A stretch of DNA of 64,000 bases from Tepidisphaera sp. (GTDB lineage Bacteria > Planctomycetota > Phycisphaerae > Phycisphaerales > UBA1924), in assembly GCA_050916045.1 (NCBI GenBank), contig CP051526.1, positions 2,080,001-2,144,000 of the forward strand, in the 5' to 3' direction. This document shows, in pieces, positions 27,485-36,012 of the stretch. Position numbers and translations under genes: made by a program. Position 1 is the first letter of the stretch. Every line of letters begins with the position of its first letter. The notes under the pieces are model-generated. The model saw nothing but the letters and a program-made list of their open reading frames with translations. It was not told the origin of the DNA and made no database searches.

Positions 27485-29794
27485 TCACTGCGCCGACGGA
27501 TGCGTGCTCGGCGGCGGTGCGGGGGTTTCCTCAGGCCGCCCTTTGGCTTGTGAGAGCGACGTCAGGAAATCCGCGGCCCATCGGTAGATGTTGAACTCCT
27601 CGATCCTCATCCGCATCCGCGTCATCCGCAGCCGACGCTCCTTCGGATCCATCTCGATCGCCTGATGGATGGCCTGCGCGAACTCCTCCGTATCGTACGG
27701 ATTGATGATCAGCGCCTCGGGCAGATCACGGGCCGCCCCGGCGAACTCCGAGAGCACAAGCACGCCCTCCTGGCCATGCTGCTCATCTCCCTCCGACTTG
27801 GCCGCCACGTACTCCTTCGCCACCAGATTCATCCCGTCGTGCAGCGAACTGACGATGCAAAGCGACGACAGTTTGAAGAACGCGTACACCGCCGGCCCCT
27901 CGTGGTGATCCACAAGCAGGTGAATCGGCTTCCACGAATCGGTCTGCAGCTTCCAGTTGATCGAGTCCGCGAGCGACTCAAGCTCGGTGACAAGGTCGCG
28001 GTACCTCGGGATGTGCACCCGGCTGGGAGCGCCGAGCTGAACGAACGTGAACTTGCCCCGATGCTGCGGGTACTTCTCAAAGAGCCGCTCGATCGCACGG
28101 AAGCGCTCCGCGATGCCCTTCGTGTAGTCAATCCGGTCGACGCCCACGCCGACCACGCACCCGTCAAGCTGATGCTGCCGACGAAGCTCGGCGACCTGCG
28201 CCGCCAATTCATCGCCCGACGCCACGCCTCGCTCCGACCAGTGCTGCACGCTGATGGGAAACGGCCTCACCAGCGCCGTGTGCCCCTTGAGCTCCGCCGA
28301 GAACCGATCCCAGTCCAGCTTGGCTTCCACCATGCGGTCGACCGCTTCGAGGAAATTGTTGCAGTGCTGCTGGAGGTGAAACCCCAGCAGATCCGCCCCG
28401 AGCATGCCCTGAAGCAGTTCCGCTCGGTACGGGCAGATCCGAAACGACTCCGCATTCGGCCACGGGATGTGCCAGAACAGCCCCACACGCAGGTCCGGCC
28501 GCGCCGCTTTCAGCATCCCCGGCACCAGAGCAAGCTGGTAGTCCTGAACCATCACGACCGCTTTCTCGTCTCCAATCTCCTCGAGCACGGCGTTCGCGAA
28601 CCGCTGATTCGCCCGCACATACTGGTCCCAGTCACCCGCTCGGAACACGGGTCGCTCGTGCGTCAGATGGCAAAGCGGCCAGAGGCCTTCGTTCGAGAAC
28701 CCGTAGTAGTACCCCTGCTCCTCTTCCTTCGTGATCCACACCCGCTTGAGCGTGTACCTCGCATCCTCCGGCGGCACCGGAATGCAGCCCGCCGAGTCCG
28801 CGGTCATCCGGTCCGCATCGCCCGCACCGTGAGCCACCCAAAGCCCCCCCGTCGCCCGAAGCACCGGGTCCAGCCCTGTCACCAGGCCGCTCGCCGGCCG
28901 CACCAGCGTGGGCTTGCCTTCGCGAAGCTGGTGCATGTACGGCTCGCGGTTGCTGACGACGACCAGCGAATGTCCGTTCAAAGCGTCGATCGCGTGCGCC
29001 CGCAGCCGCTCCCGGGTCCACGCTTTGTCCGACCGCACGATCTCCTGCGCATCCGCACGCTCCTTGCTCCGGGCCGCCCGAAACGACGCCGCGAGGTGGA
29101 GCGTCTCATCGCGCAGCTTCGACACGGGAAGCCCGCGCGGAGGTGATTCCGGCGTGTTGCCGAACCGCAGGCGGCGCATCCACTCAGCGAGCTTGTGAAG
29201 CGGCCTTTCGAACACCACCCACGCCGCGCCCGTCGCCACGAGGAACATCCCCAGCCCGACCCCCGCGGACCACAGCAGGCCCCGGATAATCCCACGGTTC
29301 TTGCGATCCTCGAGGTAGAGCGCATCATGGAGCACGACGACGGCGCCTCTCACCTGCCCGGCTTCATCGATGACAGGCTGTACCAGCACGTGCGTGCTCC
29401 CCGCATCGCTCCGCTCAAGCTCGCTGATCTCCGTCTCCCGGAGCATCCCGGTGCGGACTACCTCCTCAACCTCTCGAGCAGTTTCGGCGATCCCTTCACC
29501 GGCGGCGAGGAGCTTGCCGTCCGCTCCATAGATCGCCATGCCCAGGAGCCTGGAGTGACCGTCGAGCCGATCGCCCATGAGCGCAGCCGCCGATTCCGGC
29601 GCGTTGATCGCCCCCCTGGCCAGCGGCGCGAGGCGATGCCCGAGAAGCTGGGCCCGTCTGGTCAGGTCGCCGAGGCCCTCCCGCTGCTGCGAGTGCACCT
29701 GAAACCAGATGACCGTACCCGCTCCGATGGCGGCGAGGGTGGCGATGAACAGTCCGAATCTCAGCGACTTGGTCGGTTGGCGTTGCTGCTTCAT
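27485..29794 (-). CDS. otsA: Trehalose-6-phosphate synthase (GT20) with N-terminal TM-extracytoplasmic-TM-HAMP-like module
   Basis: 'VVSNREPY', 'GFSNEGLWPLCH', 'QDYQL', 'FWHIPWP', 'DRIDYTKG', 'DGMNLVAKEY', 'LSEFAGAA'; two hydrophobic helices in the first ~195 aa. Confidence 0.92.
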   Translation of the reverse strand: MKQQRQPTKSLRFGLFIATLAAIGAGTVIWFQVHSQQREGLGDLTRRAQLLGHRLAPLARGAINAPESAAALMGDRLDGHSRLLGMAIYGADGKLLAAGEGIAETAREVEEVVRTGMLRETEISELERSDAGSTHVLVQPVIDEAGQVRGAVVVLHDALYLEDRKNRGIIRGLLWSAGVGLGMFLVATGAAWVVFERPLHKLAEWMRRLRFGNTPESPPRGLPVSKLRDETLHLAASFRAARSKERADAQEIVRSDKAWTRERLRAHAIDALNGHSLVVVSNREPYMHQLREGKPTLVRPASGLVTGLDPVLRATGGLWVAHGAGDADRMTADSAGCIPVPPEDARYTLKRVWITKEEEQGYYYGFSNEGLWPLCHLTHERPVFRAGDWDQYVRANQRFANAVLEEIGDEKAVVMVQDYQLALVPGMLKAARPDLRVGLFWHIPWPNAESFRICPYRAELLQGMLGADLLGFHLQQHCNNFLEAVDRMVEAKLDWDRFSAELKGHTALVRPFPISVQHWSERGVASGDELAAQVAELRRQHQLDGCVVGVGVDRIDYTKGIAERFRAIERLFEKYPQHRGKFTFVQLGAPSRVHIPRYRDLVTELESLADSINWKLQTDSWKPIHLLVDHHEGPAVYAFFKLSSLCIVSSLHDGMNLVAKEYVAAKSEGDEQHGQEGVLVLSEFAGAARDLPEALIINPYDTEEFAQAIHQAIEMDPKERRLRMTRMRMRIEEFNIYRWAADFLTSLSQAKGRPEETPAPPPSTHPSAQ

Positions 29795-32367
29795 GCTTTG
29801 GTCCCCAGGTTCGTGATCCCGCTTCTCTCCATCGCGACGGCAGCGTTGATGAACGCAAGATGCGAGTACGCTTGCGCGACATTGCCCAGAGCGACCCCGT
29901 GCTTCGGGTCGAACTGCTCGGTCAGAATGCTGGTGGATCGGAACATCCCGGCAAAGCTCTCAAAGAGCGACACCGCCTCTTCGGTGCGCCCCACGCTCAG
30001 GAGCGATTCAATCAGCCAACCGGTGCAGATGTGCATACCGCCCTCGCCCCCCGGAAGTCCGTCATCAGCTCGGTATCGGCGCACCGTCGGTCCCTCACGA
30101 AGCTCGGACATCACAAACGCCACCGTGGAGGCCCATCTCGGATCCTCACGCGGGATCAGGCCCGTCAGACCGAGCATCAGCACCGACGCGTCCGGATAGG
30201 TGTGGTCGTACGCACCGGTAAAGGTGCCCATCGACGCGTTCCAGCCTCTTTCGAGCACCTCCTGACGGATCCTGTCGCGAAGACGAACCCATTCGGCGTT
30301 TCGCTCGCCATAGATCGCATCCTGCACCACCAGAGCACGCTCCAGAGTGTGCCAGCAGAGCGCTTTGGAGTGCACATGATGCCGGCGCTCGCTCCTCATC
30401 TCCCAGATCCCGTGGTCGGGCTCCATCCATCGCGTCTCGACCGCCCGAACCATCGCACGCACCAGCCGCCAGTGATCGGGCGCGATCGGCGCCCCGCGCT
30501 CCGCGAGAAGCGCCACCAGATCGACGATCGGCGCGAACACATCAAGCTGCACCTCATTCGAAGCCGCGTTGCCGATCCGGACCGGCCTGCTCTGCGCGAA
30601 CCCCGACAGATGCCCAAGCTCCGCTTCCGGCGGCAGATGAGCGCCCGAAAGCGTGTAGATCGGCCGAAGCCGGTCCGGCGATTCTTCCCGCTCCACGACC
30701 TCGAGAACCCAGTCGAGAAACTTCAGCGCATGCCCCGTGTTCCCCAGCGACATCAGTGCCGCCGACGACAGCGCTGCATCGCGTGGCCAGCAGTACCGGT
30801 AGTCCCAGTTCCGCACGCCGCCGAACTGCTCCGGCAGACTCGTCGTCGCCGCCGCCGCGATCGTGCCGATCGGGCCGTAGGACAGGGCTTTGAGCACCAG
30901 AGCGCTGCGCTTCACCAGATCCGGATAGGACGAGGGAAGTTTCAGCGACCGGGCCCACCCCGACCAGAACCGCCGGTTCTGCTCCCGGCGGTCGGGCTCA
31001 TCATCGCTCGCCGGCTTGAGGTTGACCGACCCGTACCGAAGCTCGAGCACCACTGGCTTCCCGGTCGGAATGATCTCCGCTTCGGCTGTATGGTGGATCC
31101 CCTCGCTGCGGATCGACCAGCTCACACCCGGCGACCGAAGCGCAATCGGATCGTTCGACCCCTCGACCTCCAATCCCTGATCCTTGACGCGCAGCCGGGT
31201 CGCCGTCCGGCCATAATCGAGTCTCGGAGCGAATCGGATCCGGGCCGGGGAGGACCCCTCAATGACCCGGATGAGCTCGACGCGCCCGGCTTTCTGATAA
31301 GCCCGCCCGAACGAGCAGTCCAGATAGTCCGTGAGGCGAAGGCCCGACCACTCGGTGACCAGGACGAACGAGTCGCCGTCGTACGAACAGCGGAGGGGCG
31401 GGGCGCCGCCCGGAGGCCCGATCTCGAACGACCCATCCCCGCTCTCGCCGATGAGCTCCGCAAAGATCGCGGCACTGTCAAGCCGCGGCATGCAGAGCCA
31501 CGACACCCGGCCGCCCAGCGACACCACCGCCGCCGTCCGCTGATCCGACAGAATCGCACACTCGTCAAGCTTCACCAGCTTGCGCGTCGAAAGCCAAGCC
31601 CGCCGCCGCTCTCCCAGCATCTCGAGCACCTCGGCCACCTCCGGCACGCTCGCCACCCGATGCTTCGCCGCCGTCTCTCCTTCTCCAACCTTCACCGAAA
31701 CATCCGCCGCCGACATGCTTCGAAAGACGTCCTCGTCAGTAAGGTCGTCTCCGACAAAACAGACCGCCGTCGCCCCGCACTGCTGCTTGATGCGGCGGAC
31801 GGCTTCGCCCTTGTCGGCTTTGAGCACCATGAACTCGACAACCTTCGTTCCGTGGCGGACGTACACCCCCGGAAGCCTCGTGCACTTCTCCATCGCGGCC
31901 GCCATCGCGATCATGGCCTCATCCGGATCCGCGCGACGATAATGCAGCGCCACCCCCGCGGGCTTGAGCTCGCACCGAAGCCCCGCCCACGCTTCCGCGA
32001 CCGCCCCCACCGCCGAAGCCACGCCGAGCAGCGTCCGACGTTCGGCCATCGTGAGCTGCACGCCGGCCGCTTGCCACTCAGCCCCGTGCGAGCCGACGGT
32101 GAATTCCGCCGACGGCTTCCCGAGGAACCGCTCAAGGTCGACCATCGAGCGGCCCGACACCACCGCGCTGTGCGTCCACGGCACGCCCGCACACTCACGA
32201 AACGCGCGCAGAGCACGCTCATTCGGAGCGGCTTCCGCCGGATCCATCGCAATTTCGGCAAGCGTCCCGTCGTAGTCGCACACGACCAGCAGGAGCGGCG
32301 CGCACGCAACCGCTTCGATCCTGTCGCGAAGGTCCGGGGGGATCAAACACACCCCCGAACTCTCCAC
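29791..32367 (-). CDS. otsB: Trehalose-phosphatase (HAD) fused to a GH15 glycoside hydrolase (trehalase/glucoamylase-like)
   Basis: HAD motifs 'DYDGTL', 'VSGR', 'DKG', 'GDDLTDED'; GH15 motifs 'RNWDYRYCWPRD', 'GIWEMR', 'GNVAQAYSH'. Start chosen at GTG 32367 after GGAGG; the ORF is open to 32442. Confidence 0.88.
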   Translation of the reverse strand: MESSGVCLIPPDLRDRIEAVACAPLLLVVCDYDGTLAEIAMDPAEAAPNERALRAFRECAGVPWTHSAVVSGRSMVDLERFLGKPSAEFTVGSHGAEWQAAGVQLTMAERRTLLGVASAVGAVAEAWAGLRCELKPAGVALHYRRADPDEAMIAMAAAMEKCTRLPGVYVRHGTKVVEFMVLKADKGEAVRRIKQQCGATAVCFVGDDLTDEDVFRSMSAADVSVKVGEGETAAKHRVASVPEVAEVLEMLGERRRAWLSTRKLVKLDECAILSDQRTAAVVSLGGRVSWLCMPRLDSAAIFAELIGESGDGSFEIGPPGGAPPLRCSYDGDSFVLVTEWSGLRLTDYLDCSFGRAYQKAGRVELIRVIEGSSPARIRFAPRLDYGRTATRLRVKDQGLEVEGSNDPIALRSPGVSWSIRSEGIHHTAEAEIIPTGKPVVLELRYGSVNLKPASDDEPDRREQNRRFWSGWARSLKLPSSYPDLVKRSALVLKALSYGPIGTIAAAATTSLPEQFGGVRNWDYRYCWPRDAALSSAALMSLGNTGHALKFLDWVLEVVEREESPDRLRPIYTLSGAHLPPEAELGHLSGFAQSRPVRIGNAASNEVQLDVFAPIVDLVALLAERGAPIAPDHWRLVRAMVRAVETRWMEPDHGIWEMRSERRHHVHSKALCWHTLERALVVQDAIYGERNAEWVRLRDRIRQEVLERGWNASMGTFTGAYDHTYPDASVLMLGLTGLIPREDPRWASTVAFVMSELREGPTVRRYRADDGLPGGEGGMHICTGWLIESLLSVGRTEEAVSLFESFAGMFRSTSILTEQFDPKHGVALGNVAQAYSHLAFINAAVAMERSGITNLGTKA

Positions 32368-32555
32368 GTTGGAGCGCCCCCTCCGCGCGCACCACCAAGC
32401 CGCGCGGCGCGGGTCCGTCTCTCCTCGCATCCCTCTGACCACGCTTGGTTGCCCGCGTGGTCGCTTCGACGCTGGTCCATCGTGTCATATCATGCCGACC
32501 GAAATACGGTCGCCATGAACCTGGCGTGAGGACTTTCACATTCGCCGGATCTTGC

Positions 32556-34003
32556 TCATCCGCCGATCTGAGTCGCGAAACTCGGCGCGTAGTGCGAGAA
32601 CCAGTCGGACATGAACACCCCGCGTGGATCGTGGGCGACTTTGCCTTGGACAAACGACCTGATCCGCGGATAGCACCTTTCTAATTGCTCCGGCGTCGCG
32701 AACTTGTGGTACGTCAGGTAGTAGCTCCCGCCAAGCTCGCTCGCAAGGTCGATCAGCCCGCGAAACTGCCCGCCGGCTCGCTCGATCCCCGCTTGCGTGT
32801 GGTCCACGTGCAGGTTGAAGATGACGCACGCGAATCGCTCCCGAGCCCACGCCAGCACCGTCTCCGTGTCCGGCTGGATCAACCGGATCGTGCCGTAGAT
32901 CACCTGGGCCGCCCGCTCGCTCAGCATCGCGGCCGCCCGCGACAGGAATTCCGTCAGCCGCTCCGGCGGCACGTAAAGCTCGCTGATCACCTCCGAGCCC
33001 CTGCCGATCGGACACGCGCACCCGCGCGTCCGACGCTCGATCTCCTCGTGATACCCGTCCGCGTAGTCGCTCAACTGGTGCAGGTCGCTCTCATAAAGCT
33101 GCCCGTCCGTCGCCAGGTAGTGCTGCGCATAAAGATTGAACGCCCGCGTCTTGTCCGTGTGCGCAAGCGTCAAAAGCTCAAGCCAGTCCTCCCGCTCGAG
33201 CGCCCGCTGTCCCTCCGGCGGCTCCGGGTCACCCTCGACCGGCACGTAGCAACTGAAAACCCCCTTGGTCAGAAAGTCCGGCGACCTGGGATCGATGTCG
33301 AACTGAAAGTCCCCGTACAACGCCCCCTCGCGGATCCGACGCTCCGCCGCATGGATCGCATCCTCGATGTCGATCACCCGCACCACCCGCCGAAGCGTCC
33401 GCCTCGGCGCAAGCCGCAACGTCACATCCGCGATCACCCGAACAGCCCGTACCCCCCGATCGCCAAACGAAAGAGCTCCGGATGCTCCGTCCGGCTGCAC
33501 ACCCGCGCCACCCCGTCCGCCCCGACCAACGTGAACGCCTCCACATCGCTCACGATCGGAGCCATCAAAAGCCCGCGTCCGTGAATGTTCGCCGAGAGCG
33601 CCCCGCCCAACGACATCCGATCCGCCCCCGTCTGCTTCTGCCTGATCCCCCACCGCGGCCGCACGCCCGACGCGTGCGCACGTTGAATCTCAAGCATCCC
33701 GTTGATCAACTCCGGCCAATGGATCCCCGCTTGCGCACGCACCAGCCCCCGCTCGTGGTCAAACGACTCAATGCGGCTCATCCGCGAGAGATCAACGAGG
33801 TCCCCCCGGCTCAGGAACTGCTGCCCGCCCATCGCGTGCCGCCCGCCGCAGACCGCGATCCGGCCGCCCTCGCTCGCGATCCGAGCGACCAGGGATGAAA
33901 GCTCATCGAGGCTTCGCGGCTGGTGAACCCGCATCAGCGCCGGATTCAGACCTGAATGGACGTCGTTGACCGCTTGGACACTGACGACATCGTGGCTCGC
34001 CAT
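32556..34003 (-). pseudogene. FAD-binding (PCMH-type) oxidoreductase split by a 1-nt deletion at 33437-33439 (pseudogene or sequencing error)
   Basis: 5' ORF has 'GGRHAMGGQ' and 'SLGGALSANIHGRG' and ends 'GGYGLFG*'; the other frame continues 'VIADVTL...GGSYYLTYH...DPRGVFMSDW'. One extra G restores GGYGLFGVI and a ~482-aa protein. Confidence 0.85.
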
Positions 34004-34051
34004 GAAGTTAGTGTACGCTAGTTATTCCCACAGTCCACTTTCCACCGGGCC

Positions 34052-34088
34052 AAAAACAAACACCGCTCCGGGCGCGAACCCGGAGCGG
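34052..34088 (-). terminator. Rho-independent terminator of the fibre/protease/dockerin operon
   Basis: Stem CCGCTCCGGG / CCCGGAGCGG with AAAAACAAA on the + strand (U-tract on the - strand). Confidence 0.75.
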
Positions 34089-34115
34089 CGGTGGTTGACT
34101 CTCCCAAATCAACCT

Positions 34116-34529
34116 TTAGCAGCCAGTCTCGAACGCGGTCACATAGTCCGCATAGTCGAAGAAGTCGACGAACGCGTCACCGTTGAAGTCCGCGGTGCGG
34201 CCCGGCGGGCAGACCCCGTTCTCAAAGCAGTCGACGTAATCGCCGTAGTCGAAGAAGTCCAGGAACCCATCGCCGTTGAAGTCCGCCGGACACTCCGGAC
34301 GACGGTTCGCCGCCGCCCAGAACCCTCCGACGATCTCGAACGTACCGCCCGCGAGCGGCCCGGACGCGTCGGCTTGCCCCGCCGTCGAGGAAAGCTCAAA
34401 GGTCCCGCCGGTGGCACCCATCATGCCTCCGCCATCGACCGAGTACCAGTCGATCGTGAACTGCGCCCGGGCGCTGGACGCCAGCATCCCCCCCACCACC
34501 ACGCTGATCAGAACGATGATCTTGTTCAT
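34116..34529 (-). CDS. Small secreted protein with 'IDWYSVDGGG' domain and C-terminal GC-type dockerin
   Basis: Signal peptide ending ARA-Q; two 'ADFNGD.F.DFFDY.DY...F' Ca-binding repeats ending in GC. Confidence 0.85.
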   Translation of the reverse strand: MNKIIVLISVVVGGMLASSARAQFTIDWYSVDGGGMMGATGGTFELSSTAGQADASGPLAGGTFEIVGGFWAAANRRPECPADFNGDGFLDFFDYGDYVDCFENGVCPPGRTADFNGDAFVDFFDYADYVTAFETGC

Positions 34530-34550
34530 CGCGAATCTCCTTGTGTGAAA

Positions 34551-35960
34551 TCAGTTGCCGCCGATGACGACGGTGCCCACGGGGGCCTGCCAGACCATCG
34601 CCTTGTTGCCGGTGCCGAAGACGCCGATCTCGAGGTACGTGCCCTCGACGATGCTGACAACCCCGCCGTTCGCGACCGCGGAGGCACCATCGCCCACCTG
34701 GGTCCACGGCCCGAAGATACGGCCGTTGCGAGCGGTTCCCGCCGGATACGACGCCGCGTCGACGAATTGCGCGGTCGAGCCCACGATGTTCCGCAGCGCC
34801 GCTTCAAGAGCGTTGTGCGCGAACGCCGTACCCGAGTTCGAGCCGCCTCCTCCGCTCCCGCAGCCACCGTTGGTGTGAATCCCCGTCGCGAACCCGTTGG
34901 CAGTCCAGATGATCGGGCTTCCCGAATTCCCGCCCTCGGTGTCGGCGCGGTATGTGTGCCAGATGTTGGCACCCGAGCTGCCCAGACCCGCGTACGGCCC
35001 GGCTTCGGTCTGGTTCGTGAAATTGTCCACGCCCGAGTCCGACCCGTATCCCGTGATGCGGATGGTGGCGCCCGTCGGCGTGATGTCCGTCAGCCGATAG
35101 AACCCCTCGACCACGTGCACGCGAAGCCCCGTGTTGCTGTTGGGCCCCACGCGGTACACGCAGTAGTCCTTGCCCAGGCCCTGCCCTTCCCCGTCGTTCC
35201 GGAAAAGGGCGGTTGCGGCCTGGATCGGATACTGATCGTTCACCGGCGCGGCCTGCGTCGTCCCGTTCGGGAGACTGGCCGGCGGGTTGATCTGAATGTT
35301 GCCCGTAAAGTCGATGACGCCGTCGGGAAGCAGCGGGCCGCCGCGATCCGGATCAAAGTCCGTGCAGTGCCCCGCCGTCAGCACCGCTCCGTTGGCGGCC
35401 ATCCAGTGCGTGCATCCGCCCATTCCGTACCGGGCGACACGCCCTTCCGTCGACGCGACGCGGTCGTCCGTCGTGTCGCAGATCGTCTCGGGCCATCCGC
35501 CGGGATTCCCGTTCACCCACTCGCCGAACGTCGCGCCCGCGGTGTTCACATAGACGCCGCGGTCCGTCGGGTCCACCCAGAGCTCGATGTGGACGATGCC
35601 CGAGTTGAAGTACGCCGAGTTCCCCGACCACTCGCGGAGCATCCGCCCGTCGAACCGCTGCACCTGCAGGTCGCGGTCGGAAATCACCAGGATGTAGCTC
35701 CGCGTTCCGAGGTTCCAGTCGGCGAAGTGGATCCGCGAGAACGGCGCCACCGGGTCGAGGATGCAGCTCGTCGACCACATCATCACCGGCTCCGGACGCG
35801 TGTCCGTCTCCGGGTCAATCTCCACGCCCGTCCCGTCGTAGATCCCCGACTCCTCGACAAAGTCGATGAAGTACATCGGGGGCACCGCCGGGCTCTGTGC
35901 CTGCGCGAGCCCGGCGCCGCAGGCGGCCGCGAGCATCGCGATCATCAAAGTCTTGTTCAT
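34551..35960 (-). CDS. Secreted trypsin-like serine protease
   Basis: Signal peptide; catalytic motifs 'LTAGHC' (His), 'KDYCVY' (Asp), 'GGNSGSP' (Ser). Confidence 0.85.
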   Translation of the reverse strand: MNKTLMIAMLAAACGAGLAQAQSPAVPPMYFIDFVEESGIYDGTGVEIDPETDTRPEPVMMWSTSCILDPVAPFSRIHFADWNLGTRSYILVISDRDLQVQRFDGRMLREWSGNSAYFNSGIVHIELWVDPTDRGVYVNTAGATFGEWVNGNPGGWPETICDTTDDRVASTEGRVARYGMGGCTHWMAANGAVLTAGHCTDFDPDRGGPLLPDGVIDFTGNIQINPPASLPNGTTQAAPVNDQYPIQAATALFRNDGEGQGLGKDYCVYRVGPNSNTGLRVHVVEGFYRLTDITPTGATIRITGYGSDSGVDNFTNQTEAGPYAGLGSSGANIWHTYRADTEGGNSGSPIIWTANGFATGIHTNGGCGSGGGGSNSGTAFAHNALEAALRNIVGSTAQFVDAASYPAGTARNGRIFGPWTQVGDGASAVANGGVVSIVEGTYLEIGVFGTGNKAMVWQAPVGTVVIGGN

Positions 35961-36012
35961 GAGAAAGGCTCCTTTCGTGCTGTTCTTGAAGACAATCCGC
36001 TCGCCCGCAGCA

